64,000 nt of DNA, from contig CAVNZM010000013.1 in NCBI GenBank assembly GCA_963693365.1, forward strand, positions 2,071,817 through 2,135,816, in the 5' to 3' direction. The notes below the pieces were generated by a model, which saw only the letters and a list, made by a program, of their open reading frames with translations, ran no database searches and was not told where the DNA came from. The position numbers and the translations under genes were made by a program. Positions 39,855 to 51,584 of this stretch are shown piece by piece. The stretch comes from Amoebidium appalachense. Taxonomy: Eukaryota > Protista > Ichthyosporea. Positions within the stretch are counted from its first letter, which is position 1, and each line of letters opens with the position of its first letter.

Positions 39855-42800
39855 ATGATCATCAGAGACGAAGACACCCTTCGAAAAATGGATGCGAGGT
39901 TATTTGTCACACAGGTAGGTCTTGTATTCGGCAGGGATGGGGTAAACTCTTCTTTTACTGCAACCTCGGGGTCATAAACATGGACCTCTATGAGGGCCTG
40001 CTTTCCTTTTAGTGCACGTTTTGTCAGGTGAGAGTAAGAGCACTGATGTTGGCCGCCCACACAGCTTTTCGGGGGACCCGGAGATTCTGGGCAAGTTTGT
40101 GATGGCGCTGCTGGAGAGGCACGAGGGCAGCCTGGACGAACTCAAGAAGGTGTTTCTGAGCGAGCTGGAGGTCTTCTTGAAAGACGGTGAGCTTCCCTGT
40201 GCTTGCAGCTTGGGCCGGGTCTGGTTCGCTTGGAGGCGTTTATGGATTCCCTTGCATCTCACTCCCCAGACACAGGGGACATCCTCTCCCAAAAAGGTAG
40301 ATTTGCCACCTTGAAACTTCAAGCACACTGCATGTAGCTGACATTCTTGGTGCAGACACGCGGCCGTTTGTGGAGAAACTTCTTGCGTTTCTAGCGCGCA
40401 GTGAGGAGACAGCACGCAGCAGCCGACTGCATGATGAGAGGGCCAGCCTGCTGCGTGCACGGTCACCAGGGGGTTGGGGTAGGCCCCTGCGTGTGCGGGA
40501 CCTAGAGGAGGACCTGTACCGCACAAAGAGGGGGAGAGACCTGCTGGAGGAGGAGTACCGCCTGCTTGCTGCCAAGAGGGCACGATATGACCCCCTGAGA
40601 GGGCTATACGGGGCACCTATGGCTCCAGACCTGCTGAGGGGTGCAAGGTGTGTGGCTGGCCTGCACGTACACGGGGGGTTGGGGGGGGGAGGCTTGAAAG
40701 CAGAAGGGAGTCACGGGGGGAGGGGGGAGGGGGGGGAGGGGCGGCGGCTTGAAAACAGGGGGGAGGGGGAGGGGGGGGGGGGAAGGCTTGAAAACAGGCA
40801 GCTAGAGAGTCACCGGGGGGGGGGATGGGGTGGGGGGGGAGCGGCCGGAGGAGGGGGGAGGAGCAGGGGGCATGAAAACAGGTAGCAAGGGGGGGGGGGG
40901 GGGGGTGTTTGAAAGCACGCGGCAAGGGGGTTACTATGCTGCTGCGTGTTTGACACTTGTTCTCCATCTTTTTGCTTTCAGTTTTCTGGGCCTTCCTTGC
41001 CTTGTGTTTTTTCTGATTATCTTTTATCCTCTCGGCACCGGTCACCCTTGAACAATAGAGCCAGCAGGTGCTTGTATCCGACCGGCCGTGCACAAGGGCA
41101 CACGCACATACACATACTGGCATTGCACTGTGTTCCTCTCTCTCACTTCCGCACTTACTCCGTCGCAGCCCACCAGTTCACCCAAAACCACCATCATCCT
41201 CCTCCCCCCCCCCCCCCCCTCTTTGCTAATGAAACATACTCTTTATGTGCGCTTGGCAATCCCCACTGTGTTGTCCATCATAACTGTTTTCTTCGTAATC
41301 TGCTACGCATTGCAAACCCTCCTCCCCGCCTCCTTCCTCCCTGCTGATGAAGCATACTCCTTACATGTGCTTTGTCGTCTGCACTGTTTTGCCTGTGTCA
41401 CAATGTGTGCTTCGTCCACTGTCACACACTCTAACCCCCCCCTCCCCCTCTTTGGCAGACACCTTAGCGATCTTGAGCTTGTATCAGTGGAGGCCCGTCT
41501 TCAGCGGCTGCAAGCACTAGACGACCCACTACTGAGAGAGAGGGCACTCAGGGACCCCCTGTTTGACCCCCTCAGGGGGCCACTGCCCCACCCGATGGAC
41601 AGGGGCCCTATGTGGCCTCACCCTAGCAGGCCTGGCTCACCCCCCTTTGATGACCTTCTAAGGCGCAGTCCTCCGAGACTCGACCCAGATCGGGACGGGA
41701 GGGGGAGGCTGGATGATTGGGACAGGGGGAGGGGGAGGAGTCTTCCTAGAGCCAAGTCTATGGCAATGGAAAGAGTGGAAGGGAGAGAGAGCAAGGAGAG
41801 GGGGGTGAGAGACAGGGAGAGGAGTGATGAGGAGGGAAGGAGGGTGCAGCGCAATTCATCAAGTTCATCTCTAGGAAGAGACAGAAGGGAGGGGGACAGA
41901 AGAGAGGGAGATAGGAGGGAGGGGGACAGGAGAGATGGAGATAGGAAGGAGGGGGAGAGGAGAGAGGGAGATAGAAGGGACGGAGACAAAAGAGACGGAT
42001 ATAGGAGGGAGGGAGACAGAAAGGACGGAGATAGGAGGGAGGGTGACAGAAAGGACGGAGATAGGAGGGAGGGGGACAGAAGAGAGGGAGATAAGAGGGA
42101 GGGTGACAGGAGGGAGGGGGAGAGGAGAGATGGAGATAGGAGAGAGGGGGATAGGAGGGATGGGGAGAGGAGAGATATAGATAGGAGGGAAGCAGACAGG
42201 AGGGAGCGCACAGAGAGCAGAGTCAGCGTGCGAGGCGACAGGAGGGCCACGGAGGAGAGAAAAGACACGAGAGACAGCAAGACAGACGCGGGCAGCAGGG
42301 GAGGAGCAGATGCGAGGGAGCACATCGACTCAGCCACGCAGCAGAGGCCGAGTGAGGGGCAGGCAGGCAAGGAGGGGGGGAAGGGGGACAATGCACGGGT
42401 AGTGTACGTGGGGGACAGTGAGAGGGAGGACAGGCACAGCTCACGTGCAAGCAGCCCCGGGCCCAAGGTGACACTAGTGGTGAGGGACGACCAGGAGCAC
42501 AGGCCCGGGCAGGACCCAGCGCCCCTCCGACACCACCCACGGGCACTACATGCCGTGGCGCATGCAAGGCCCCCTGGTGCCCTGCACCTGCCTCATAGTG
42601 GCCCCCTGCCCGTGCCCCACATGCACACACCACCGGCCTTCACAGGCCCCCCCATATGCCCGGCCTTTGCCCATCAGGGATGGTGCCCCCACCCTGCCTG
42701 CCCCCTTGGCCACGTGCACCCCCACCATCCCATGCACCATGTGGGCGGTGGCCCCACCCCCCACGGCCCACCACACATGCCACCGAGTGCGGGTCTTCTT

Positions 42801-44523
42801 ATGGCCCCCCACACGGGTGCACCCATGGGACATCCGGGCATGCCCATGCCCCCCGTGCCCCCACCTGGCCCCCCCATGCCCCCCATGGGGTATGGACATG
42901 TGGGTATGCAGTGGCAGGGTGGGCCATTCCCAGGTCCGGCCGTGCAGGGTACGTGGCGTGGGTGTGGTGTGTGCCTGCCTGCCTGTGTGTGGTGCGGGCC
43001 TGTCTGTGGTTGGTGTGCACGTGGGTGGGTGGGGCGCGCTGACTGTGTATGTGTGGTGTGTGCCTGCCTTTGTGTGTGTGGTGTGCTGCTGGGGTGCACT
43101 GACAGTGTGTGTGTGCAGACACGGTGACACCGTGTGTGCTGCTGCGCAACATCCCGCTGGCTCTCAACACCGAGGGCATGCTGGCCGAGAGATACAGTGT
43201 GTACGGCCAGGTGATGTCTGTGCTGTGTGGCTACAGGCACTGGCAGGATGCAGCCCTGCTCCTATTTGCACACCCTGACTCGGCACGGGCTGCCCTGGCT
43301 GGGCCCCCCTGACCATGGTCGATGACGTGGGCCCCCATGCCATAAAGGTCGGTGCATGCATAGGCACACAGCCACACGGTTGCATATACAGACCCACGGG
43401 CGCACACATACAAAGACACAGGTGTGGGCGTGCATAGGCACACGGGTGTACACGGGCGCAGGCACACGGATGCACACGTACATGGGTGCACACGTCCACT
43501 TGCACACGGATGCACACATACACAGACACACATGCAAGCATGCATAGGCACATGGGTGCAAACATGGACACAGACACACATGCAGGCATGCATAGGCACA
43601 TGGGTGCAAACACGGACACAGGCACACGGGTGCACACGTACACAGCACAGGCACACGGGTGCACACGGACACGGGTGCACACGTACACAGCACAGGCACA
43701 CGGGTGCACACGTACACAGCACAGGCACACGGGTGCACACGGACACAGACACACATGCAGGCATGCATAGGCACATGGGTGCAAACACGGACACAGACAC
43801 ACATGCGGGCATGCATAGGCACATGGATGCAAACACGGACACAGACACATGCAGGCATGCATAGGCACATGGGTGCAAACACGGACACAGGCACACGGGT
43901 GCACACGTACACTTAGTAGGCAGCAGGCGAGTGCACGCGGCCAGTGGAGACACAAGCTTGCACGTATGCGCACCCACTGGGCGCAGCAGGCAAAAATAGT
44001 CTGGCACCACGGAGCATTGGCCACCCCTGTATGTGCTGACACACTGTGCAGGTGCGCATGGGCACGATTGAGCAGGCCGACATGGTGCAGGCCCGTCTTG
44101 CTGCCGCAGTCGCCCAGGCCAAACCTCCCCAGCCCCCAGCCCCCGTGCAGCCCCCCCCACCTCCACAGCCCGCACCACCGCCACCCCCCCCACCTCCCAC
44201 GGAGGACAAGTCATCTGTGCCGGACAGTCCCAAGGTGTCCTGTCTGCAGCGCCCCAGTGCCTCCCGACTACCCGCCATGCCGCCCACCCAGCGGCCAACA
44301 CCCATGCCCGTACCCACACCACCACCCAGCCAGCCCACACACCAGCCCAGGCACCCTGCCCCCAGGCCACGGGGTGGTAGATGGGGTGGCCCACGTGCAG
44401 CTAGGGGTGGATTGCGCCCAACAAGGCCCACAGCACAGGCTCAGACACGGCCGGTAGCGCAGGTGTGTGTGCAAACTTTTGGGGGGGAAGGGGGGGAGGG
44501 AGCTGGTGCTGACGCATGGGCCG

Positions 44524-44565
<42 letters not shown>

Positions 44566-44700
44566 GCACGTGCAGGAACGGTGGCAGGGACAGGGAGCAA
44601 GCAGCAGGCACAGGCCAAGGAGGAGTTTTTGGCTGCATGCCTGGCTGAGCAGAGCAAGCTGGTGGCAGATATCGACAAGAAGGTATGACTGCTTGCACGT

Positions 44701-44746
<46 letters not shown>

Positions 44747-46492
44747 GGAGGGAGAAAGGGGGGGGGGGGGGAGAATGATGAGGTGCAGCAGGGGGTTGGG
44801 GGAGAGGGGGGAGAAAAGGATGGGGTGCAGCAGGGGGGTGGGGTGAATGTGTGTGTGTGTGTGGGGGGGGGGGGGGGGTAAGGTGTGCTGAGATATGTGC
44901 AGGTGTATGTTGGGGAGCAGAGGCAGGCAGTCAAGCAGCGGCTCAAGGCCCTTTTGGAGGCAGTGGTGCGGCTCAAGACCGAGCCTGTGGGCCAGTTTGA
45001 CCTGCAGAGGGAGAAGGGGGCACTGCCACCACGGCCTAGGATAGTCAAGAAGGAGGAGACTAAGTTGGATAGTGTGGAGGAGCTACAGACCATGCTGGAG
45101 AGGCTGAAGAACGAGGTAAGAAAATGGGTGGGAGTGGGGGGGGGGGGGGGGGGAAGGGGTGGGTGGATGTGGGTGGGTGGGTTTTGGGGGGGGGGGGGGG
45201 GTAGGTGTGGGTGGGTGGGTGCATATGTGTATGCTGAAAGAGGGACCGTGCATGTGTCTGCAGGACCTGCCTGCCTGCTGGTGTGCATGCTGGTGTGCCT
45301 GTGTGTGGGTGCTTGTGATGGGGGTCCATAGATGTGCTCTGCGCCCCTGTCACCGTGCATGTTCATGCTGTGTGCTGATTGGATTTGTTTGCAGGCACTA
45401 CGGCTTGGGCTCAACCCTGAGGCCCATCTGGCCCCCGAGACCCAGGCCAACCAAGAGCAGGCCCAGGGGGCTGTGGGCGATGCAGGGGAGGAGTATACCG
45501 GCACGCCAGCGCGGCTATTTGTGGGGGGGTTGGAGCCAGATGAGGATATGGCTGCTATTGTCAACCACTTCAAACAGTTCGGCCAACTGCACGTGAGCTA
45601 TGCTCTCCTCTATTTGTCTATATGCTCAATGCACATGAGCTTATGCCCCCCGCTATTTGTCTGTATGCTCGATGCACGTGAGCTATGCCCCCTCTGTTTG
45701 AAAGTTCTCAATTCACATGATTATTCCCCCCTTATTTAGAAAATTATATCCAAGCAAGTTATACCACCTAGGCCCCTTCCTTGATACTTGCTGCACGTTA
45801 CGTATGTCCCCCTCTATATTGACAATACTCAGTTGAGCGAAATTCCACTGTGCCCTCACGCGTACCCCCTGTACGTGAGCTGTATCCCCCAGATCACATT
45901 GATAGGGGCACCTTGCGCTGTCTGTCCCCCTGATGCCTAAGCAGTAACCCCACTCTGTGTGGGGTGCTGACCCGCCATGTGACCTACCATGTGCAGGGGG
46001 ATGAGCCGTACACGCTGTATGAGGATGGCTGCCTGCTCAACTTCATGGACACAGCCCCGGCCCTGAGGGTACGAACCGGCAGGTGCATGTGTGTGGGCTG
46101 GGGGTGTGCTGACTGGGTGTGCAGGCACTGCAGGAGGCCAGCAACATGGAGGGAAGGGTGCTGGATGTGTCGTGGTGGGACGACACGGCTTACACGGTCA
46201 GCGCCTAGGCACCCCTCACCAGTGCACACAGTATCTGAACTTGCATGCATGCACACAGTATCTGAACTTGCATGCATGCACACAGTATCTGAACTTGCAT
46301 GCATGCACACAGCACCTCGACCTGTACCCACACAACACATGCATGTCCTCATTGCTGGTGCACACATTTGCAGCATTCGCATGGCCAGCTGCAGTTGCTT
46401 GCACCCATCCACTCTGTGCATGTGCACGTGGTCTAGCATGGCTGTGTGCTGACAGTTGGTTGCAGGAGACCGAGGAGCTTGAGGAGGCATAG
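39855..46492 (+). CDS. RBM26/27: RBM26/RBM27-like RNA-binding protein (PWI, RD/RE-rich region, CCCH finger, RRM1, coiled coil, RRM2), about 1110 aa, with two apparent frameshifts
   Basis: Exons 39855-39914, 40065-40186, 40356-40647, 41459-42948, 43119-43347, 44052-44462, 44527-44682, 44903-45115, 45395-45592, 45997-46068, 46125-46196, 46466-46492. PWI: MIIRDEDTLRK(W)...GDPEILGKFVMALL...LEVFLKDDTRPFVEKL. C-x8-C-x4-C-x3-H finger. RRM1: LRNIPLALN...AIK|VRM. Coiled coil: LKNE|ALRLG. RRM2: LFVGGL...HFKQFG. The model needs -1 nt at A5 39884-39888 and +1 nt at C6 43304-43309. Confidence 0.85.
41880..42205 (+). repeat. Coding 15-bp repeat giving (GDRRE/GDRKD)n
   Basis: About 20 pentapeptide units with synonymous codon variation inside exon 4 of the RBM26/27-like gene. 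Confidence 0.9.
43400..43912. repeat. Intronic compound minisatellite (gcatgcataggcacatgggtgcaaacacggacacag units)
   Basis: Repeated units are visible within intron 43348-44051. Confidence 0.8.
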
Positions 46493-46527
46493 TGGCCACA
46501 CGTCACAGGCAAGTGCACGTGCATGAA

Positions 46528-46575
<48 letters not shown>

Positions 46576-47631
46576 CTTTCGGACAAGTATGTGGATGAAT
46601 GCTTGTATGTGGGCTTAGGTTGGGATGTAGGTGGGCCTGTGTGTGGGAGAGGGGTGCAGGCACGTGTGTGCTGACAGCAGGGATGGCAGTGGGCAGGCCG
46701 GGGGATGTGCACGTGCAGACACACGGCAGGCAGAGACAGAGAAAGGGGTTGGTTGGGAGGAGACACGGGGGCAGACACTGCCACTGCAACCACACGTTTC
46801 TTCCTTTCTCTTCTTCTTCGCCTCATTTTTTTGTCTTGCGTGCGGGGGGGGAGGGAGGGGGGGGGGGGGGGGGGGGGGGGGTTAAACTAAGGGGGAAAAA
46901 AGGGGGAAAAAAAAAAAAGGTTAAAAAAGAAAAGAAACAAGACAAATAACAACAAGAAGAAAGCAAAATACCGGGTGAGGAGGGGAGGGGGGGGGGGGGG
47001 AGGGGGGGGGGGGGGGGGATAGGAGCAAAACAATTTGCGACCAAGGGCGCAAGATCCAAAGCAAGTCACGAAAGAAGAGCCAAAAAGGTCATGCACGAAG
47101 GATCCGAAGGACAAGCAAAGAACAAAAGCAAGTGCAAGGCTCCCGTATGGACACCAACCAGCACACCATCATCCATGCAACATCTTCCCGTCCGGCCGAG
47201 AGAGGACGGCATCAGCCCGAGGCACGTCAACTATCCCATGATGTGTGTTCCCTGCACAGCATGCATGCATGCATGCAGGGAGAGAGGTCAGGTGATGTGT
47301 GCAGCAATCATCTCTGGTGCACACAGTAGGCTCTGTGCGCGGGCACTCTGACGGCAACACGGACATTGGATGTTGACGCTTTGGGAGGCATGCGCCAGGA
47401 AGGGGTGTGGATGAATGGCTGCAGACCTGGGGGGAGGATCGCGGCATCGAAGGATTGTGAGGAGACCGTGTCATCCTGCCACCCCATCACACTGATAAAT
47501 AGCTCGGGTCATGCGTAGTTTTTTTTTTTTTGAAGGTTAGCCTGCATGTTAAACCTATCTGCACCTCGAATTAGGGCCTTGGGTTTCAGACTATTGTTTA
47601 TACCAAGACATGTATGGCCACAGAAACTGTA

Positions 47632-47676
<45 letters not shown>

Positions 47677-48939
47677 TAAACTTACCCGGTGCACTCAGTG
47701 GCGCACATCCACACAAGGGCACGCTCAGACACATGTGCATGCACCCGTGGTCGCGCAAGCACACGCGTATAGACAGTTAGCAACCACACACAAAGAGAGA
47801 AGCAGAGAGAGGGGGGGAGGTACGCACATTCAGGCAACCACACACACACACACACAAACACAGGTGTCACCACCTGTTCTGTTTGCTGTTATGTGGCCGG
47901 TGCGCAGCCGGCACTAGGGCATATATACTTGGTATTTGTGTGTAGGAAAGTTCCGTATGTATTGCGCAATGCCTGCTAGTGTGTGTCTGTGCCCTTGCCT
48001 GATTACTGAAGGCAATAAACCCCAAATGTGCTGGGAATCTACACTTGCCTCCCCACTGTGGTGCATGCCAGCCCCCTGCACGTGTGCACATGTGCTCACA
48101 GTGCAGACGTGGGCAGACATAGCCCACACATGCACACATGCAATGTTTTACACACGTGTCCGCACGTGATGCGCATAATTACCAATCAGATTCCTTTCAA
48201 CCACGTGCACATCTACACACATTCACCAATCAGATTCGTTTTGATCACACACACACACATGTGCACAGGCACAATTGCTGCGCACACATCATCACATGGT
48301 ATGGGCACGTATGGCCCGGCCTCCTGCGTAGCATGTGGCATATGTGCACCATGCATGGGCCCAGCCACCACGCGTACGTGCTTGGAGCATGCTGCACAGC
48401 ATATGGCAGATGTTCCCCAATCAAAAAAGACCAACCTGAATAAAAATAATGCGTCGTGTTTGGCAGGTGGCTGGGGGTTTACGGACTTTTTATTGATACA
48501 TACGCGTGTGGGGCCCGGGCCCAGCCTCACTTGATGGCCTACTGTGTTTTCGAGCGCAGTCAATCAAATGCAGCCAGTGACGTATGTACATGGTGGGCAA
48601 CACTTAGAGCCATCATAACCCACTACATCTGGTACTATAGCTATACATTATGGATAAGTAACGGTAGCTCTGAGAGAAAGTTAAGACACCGTATCACAAT
48701 ATCATACTGTGCAGTCTGAATAAGAGAACTACAGCAGTCATTTTATGACGGATATACGGAGGCGGGGAGGCAGTAAAGATAGGAAAACTGGCCATAACCT
48801 CCGAATTTACGACATTGGCTAACAGATCACACCTGCTACATTTAGCCAAAGATAGATGTGCATGCAGAGGCGAGTAAACCGGCCCCCACACATAGAACAC
48901 ATACGAGTAGGAGACAACGTCGGCAAAAATTGATTACAT

Positions 48940-49159
48940 CGCCAAGGTGGCTAACCGTGAAAGGTTAGTCTTGTTTGGCCAACTTTTCCTGAGCCAGTAA
49001 AGGCTGCTGCGCTGCCTGCAGGACTATTATATTCTACAAAACAATAATCATTACACCATAATTTTTAGGAACATCTATTGTATGTTTTACGACCAAAAAG
49101 GCGCCTTTAAAGGGTGATAACATGGTTACAAATCCTGCCAGTACCGTAATGCTATGCTG
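48940..49159 (-). mobile_element. Diverged inverted copy of the MITE at 61562-61812
   Basis: aggtggctaacc...gcgctgcctgcagga.tattat...aaaacaata...ggt.ataacat.g.tacaaa...atgctg matches the reverse complement of 61562-61760. Confidence 0.65.
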
Positions 49160-49192
49160 CTGCATTCTCTGCTGCACTGGCGCTGGCATTGG

Positions 49193-49600
49193 GCAGCCTT
49201 ACGTAAGCAGGCACACATACTGCAGCCTTACGTAAGCAGGCACAGTGCATGCACACACACAGCAGCCTTACGTAAGCAGGCATAGTGCATGCACACACAC
49301 AGCAGCCTTACGTAAGCAGGCACAGTGCATGCACACACATAGCAGCCTTACGTAAGCAGGTACATTGCATGCACACACACAGCAGCCTTACGGGTGTCGT
49401 GGAGAAAAACTCTGTCCGGGGTTATTTATCATTGGTCCAGATCGAATCCAGCTCGATCGGATTGCCCATATAAGGAAACTGGAAAAACCCGTTTTTACGA
49501 AAGGGAGCCCTACGTAAGCAGGCACAGTGCATGCACACACACAGCAGCCGTACGTAAGCAGGCACAGTGCATGCACACACACAGCAGCCTTACGTAAGCA
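49193..49600. repeat. 40-bp tandem repeat (gcagccttacgtaagcaggcacagtgcatgcacacacaca) interrupted by an insertion
   Basis: About 7 units, each with two 10-bp palindromes (cttacgtaag and gtgcatgcac). Confidence 0.9.
49392..49510. mobile_element. 119-bp insertion with a 3-bp TSD, possibly a PIF/Harbinger-like mini-element
   Basis: The repeat unit cct-TAC-gtaagc is split into TAC[GGGTGTC...GGAGCCC]TAC. The neighbouring repeat units show the empty site. Confidence 0.65.
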
Positions 49601-51584
49601 TGCGCAGGCCTGATACTGGCACCATGCATGCACACTGCAAGCTGAGCACACACGTGCTTTCCTTGGCCCGCCTGGCTGTGCATGCTTGGTGTCGTGCATC
49701 CTGCATCATGGGCAGCAGGTACACAGTTGCGGCTGGTAGCTCGTGCACAGAAATGCATATGTGCCACCCCACCATCCAATCAGGCACAGCGGCCCTAGCC
49801 ATGTATGCAAGGCAACGGATGGGCTGTATTCGAATTCTGGTGTGTGCCTACCCAAAGGAGGGGGGGGGGGGGGGGGGGGGGGGTTGGATACAGGAGTTCT
49901 CCCAACATGCCTATTGGTGTGTGATACTGTCGTGTGTACTGTGGTGTTGCACTGGGGTGCCTCGGTCTGCCGGCCCCCAATGGAAGCGTGATTAAATGCC
50001 CTGTTAATGAACACGGTCTACTGCAGATCGTTTTGTAACATCCAAGAATAATCATGAAGGGATCCTGACTTTCTTCTTGCAGCACGTTATAGTCGCACAC
50101 ATGATTGCATTTATGTGCACACAGACGACATTGGCCCACTCCGCACATGGGGTGGCCACTACCGTGTTATGTGTTCTTTGTAACACGCAGTACCGTGTAA
50201 GAATGGATGCATGCTGCATGCTGCATACGCACATGATGCAATGGATGCGTGTGGAATTGTCGAACCATGACACTCACAGCCCACACGGACATGCGCGTAC
50301 ACACAACACACACCCATTGCGTATGGACACCTGGGCACAGCACAGGCAAAGGCACACACTACAGTGGCCCACACATGCACTCCGCCACACGCACATGCCA
50401 CATATCTGCCTTGGCATACAGTGCCGCATGCACTCGTGCGCCCATCATATGCCGTTGCACACACATGCACACACACCATGCCGTAACGTACTACACACAT
50501 GCACACACACCATGCCGTAACGTACTACACGCATGCACACGCACACATGCCGTAACGTACTACACACATGCACACGCACACATGCCGTAACGTACTACAC
50601 ACGTACACACACACATGCCGTAATTATAAACTAAGGCACACGCACACATGCACCCACCAGCTGTCACAGCAGAAGCACCACGGCAACCACCTGTTCTTAT
50701 CCACGCATCCACACGTGCACCAGGATGCACATTGCTTTGGAGATGCCACATACACCTGCACACAGCTTGGCACACCCGTGCAGTAACACGGGGCACATGC
50801 ATCACCTCTTTCTTACAAACTGTGCAAGTAGGCCCCACACACGGTGCATATGAGCAGCCACAACTATACACACTGTGCTCAAATACATAGTAAAATGTAG
50901 CCAGGACCACCACCAGGCTGACCTATGCATGCTCAGCTACATTACAAGTTGCATGCACCACCGTTGCCATAGTTGGCTATACAATGCATCACGTGGTCTG
51001 GGCCAAACTGCAACCATGGGGTTGCCTTATATGGCAAGTGATCGGCATGGCTGCACACTAAAATGCATAGTGTCACGTGCATGGGAGGGTAATGGGCTGT
51101 GATTGGTTGGGCCTTGGCATATTATGGTTGGCCGATGCATCCAGGGGACTGGCATTTCATTGGCTCAAAGTCATTCACTGCATATACGTGTGAATTCAAG
51201 GCATATAACTATGTGCATGGAGTTTAAAAATTCTGTGCTCTCATGGACAGAGGTACCTACTTTGAACCACTGGGTAGTAAATGGGGCTAAAGTAGATGTA
51301 GGGCTGCTAATATTAAGTCACTGAAATCATTCATAGAAGTTCTGAGAGATGATATTTTACTTGCATGAATTAAAGATTACACATACATACATGAGCCGCC
51401 TAAGATCTAATAATATATCATACATGTGTTCTTTGAACAGATCCCCGCCCCCCCCCCCCCCCCCCCCCCCCCCCTCCTCCCCCGCCCTCCCTCCCCGCCC
51501 CCCTCCCCATGTCCCGTCCCCAACAACCAAAAGTAACAACAAAAAGATTAACTTTTCGGAAAACAAACCAATCAACGCGATGCA

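Noticed and set aside
41618-42466. 282-aa antisense (SPSLL)n ORF
   Set aside because: It is the shadow of the GDRRE coding repeat on the opposite strand.
43164-44394. Cys-rich minus-strand ORFs resembling metallothionein
   Set aside because: They are translations of an intronic GT-rich minisatellite.
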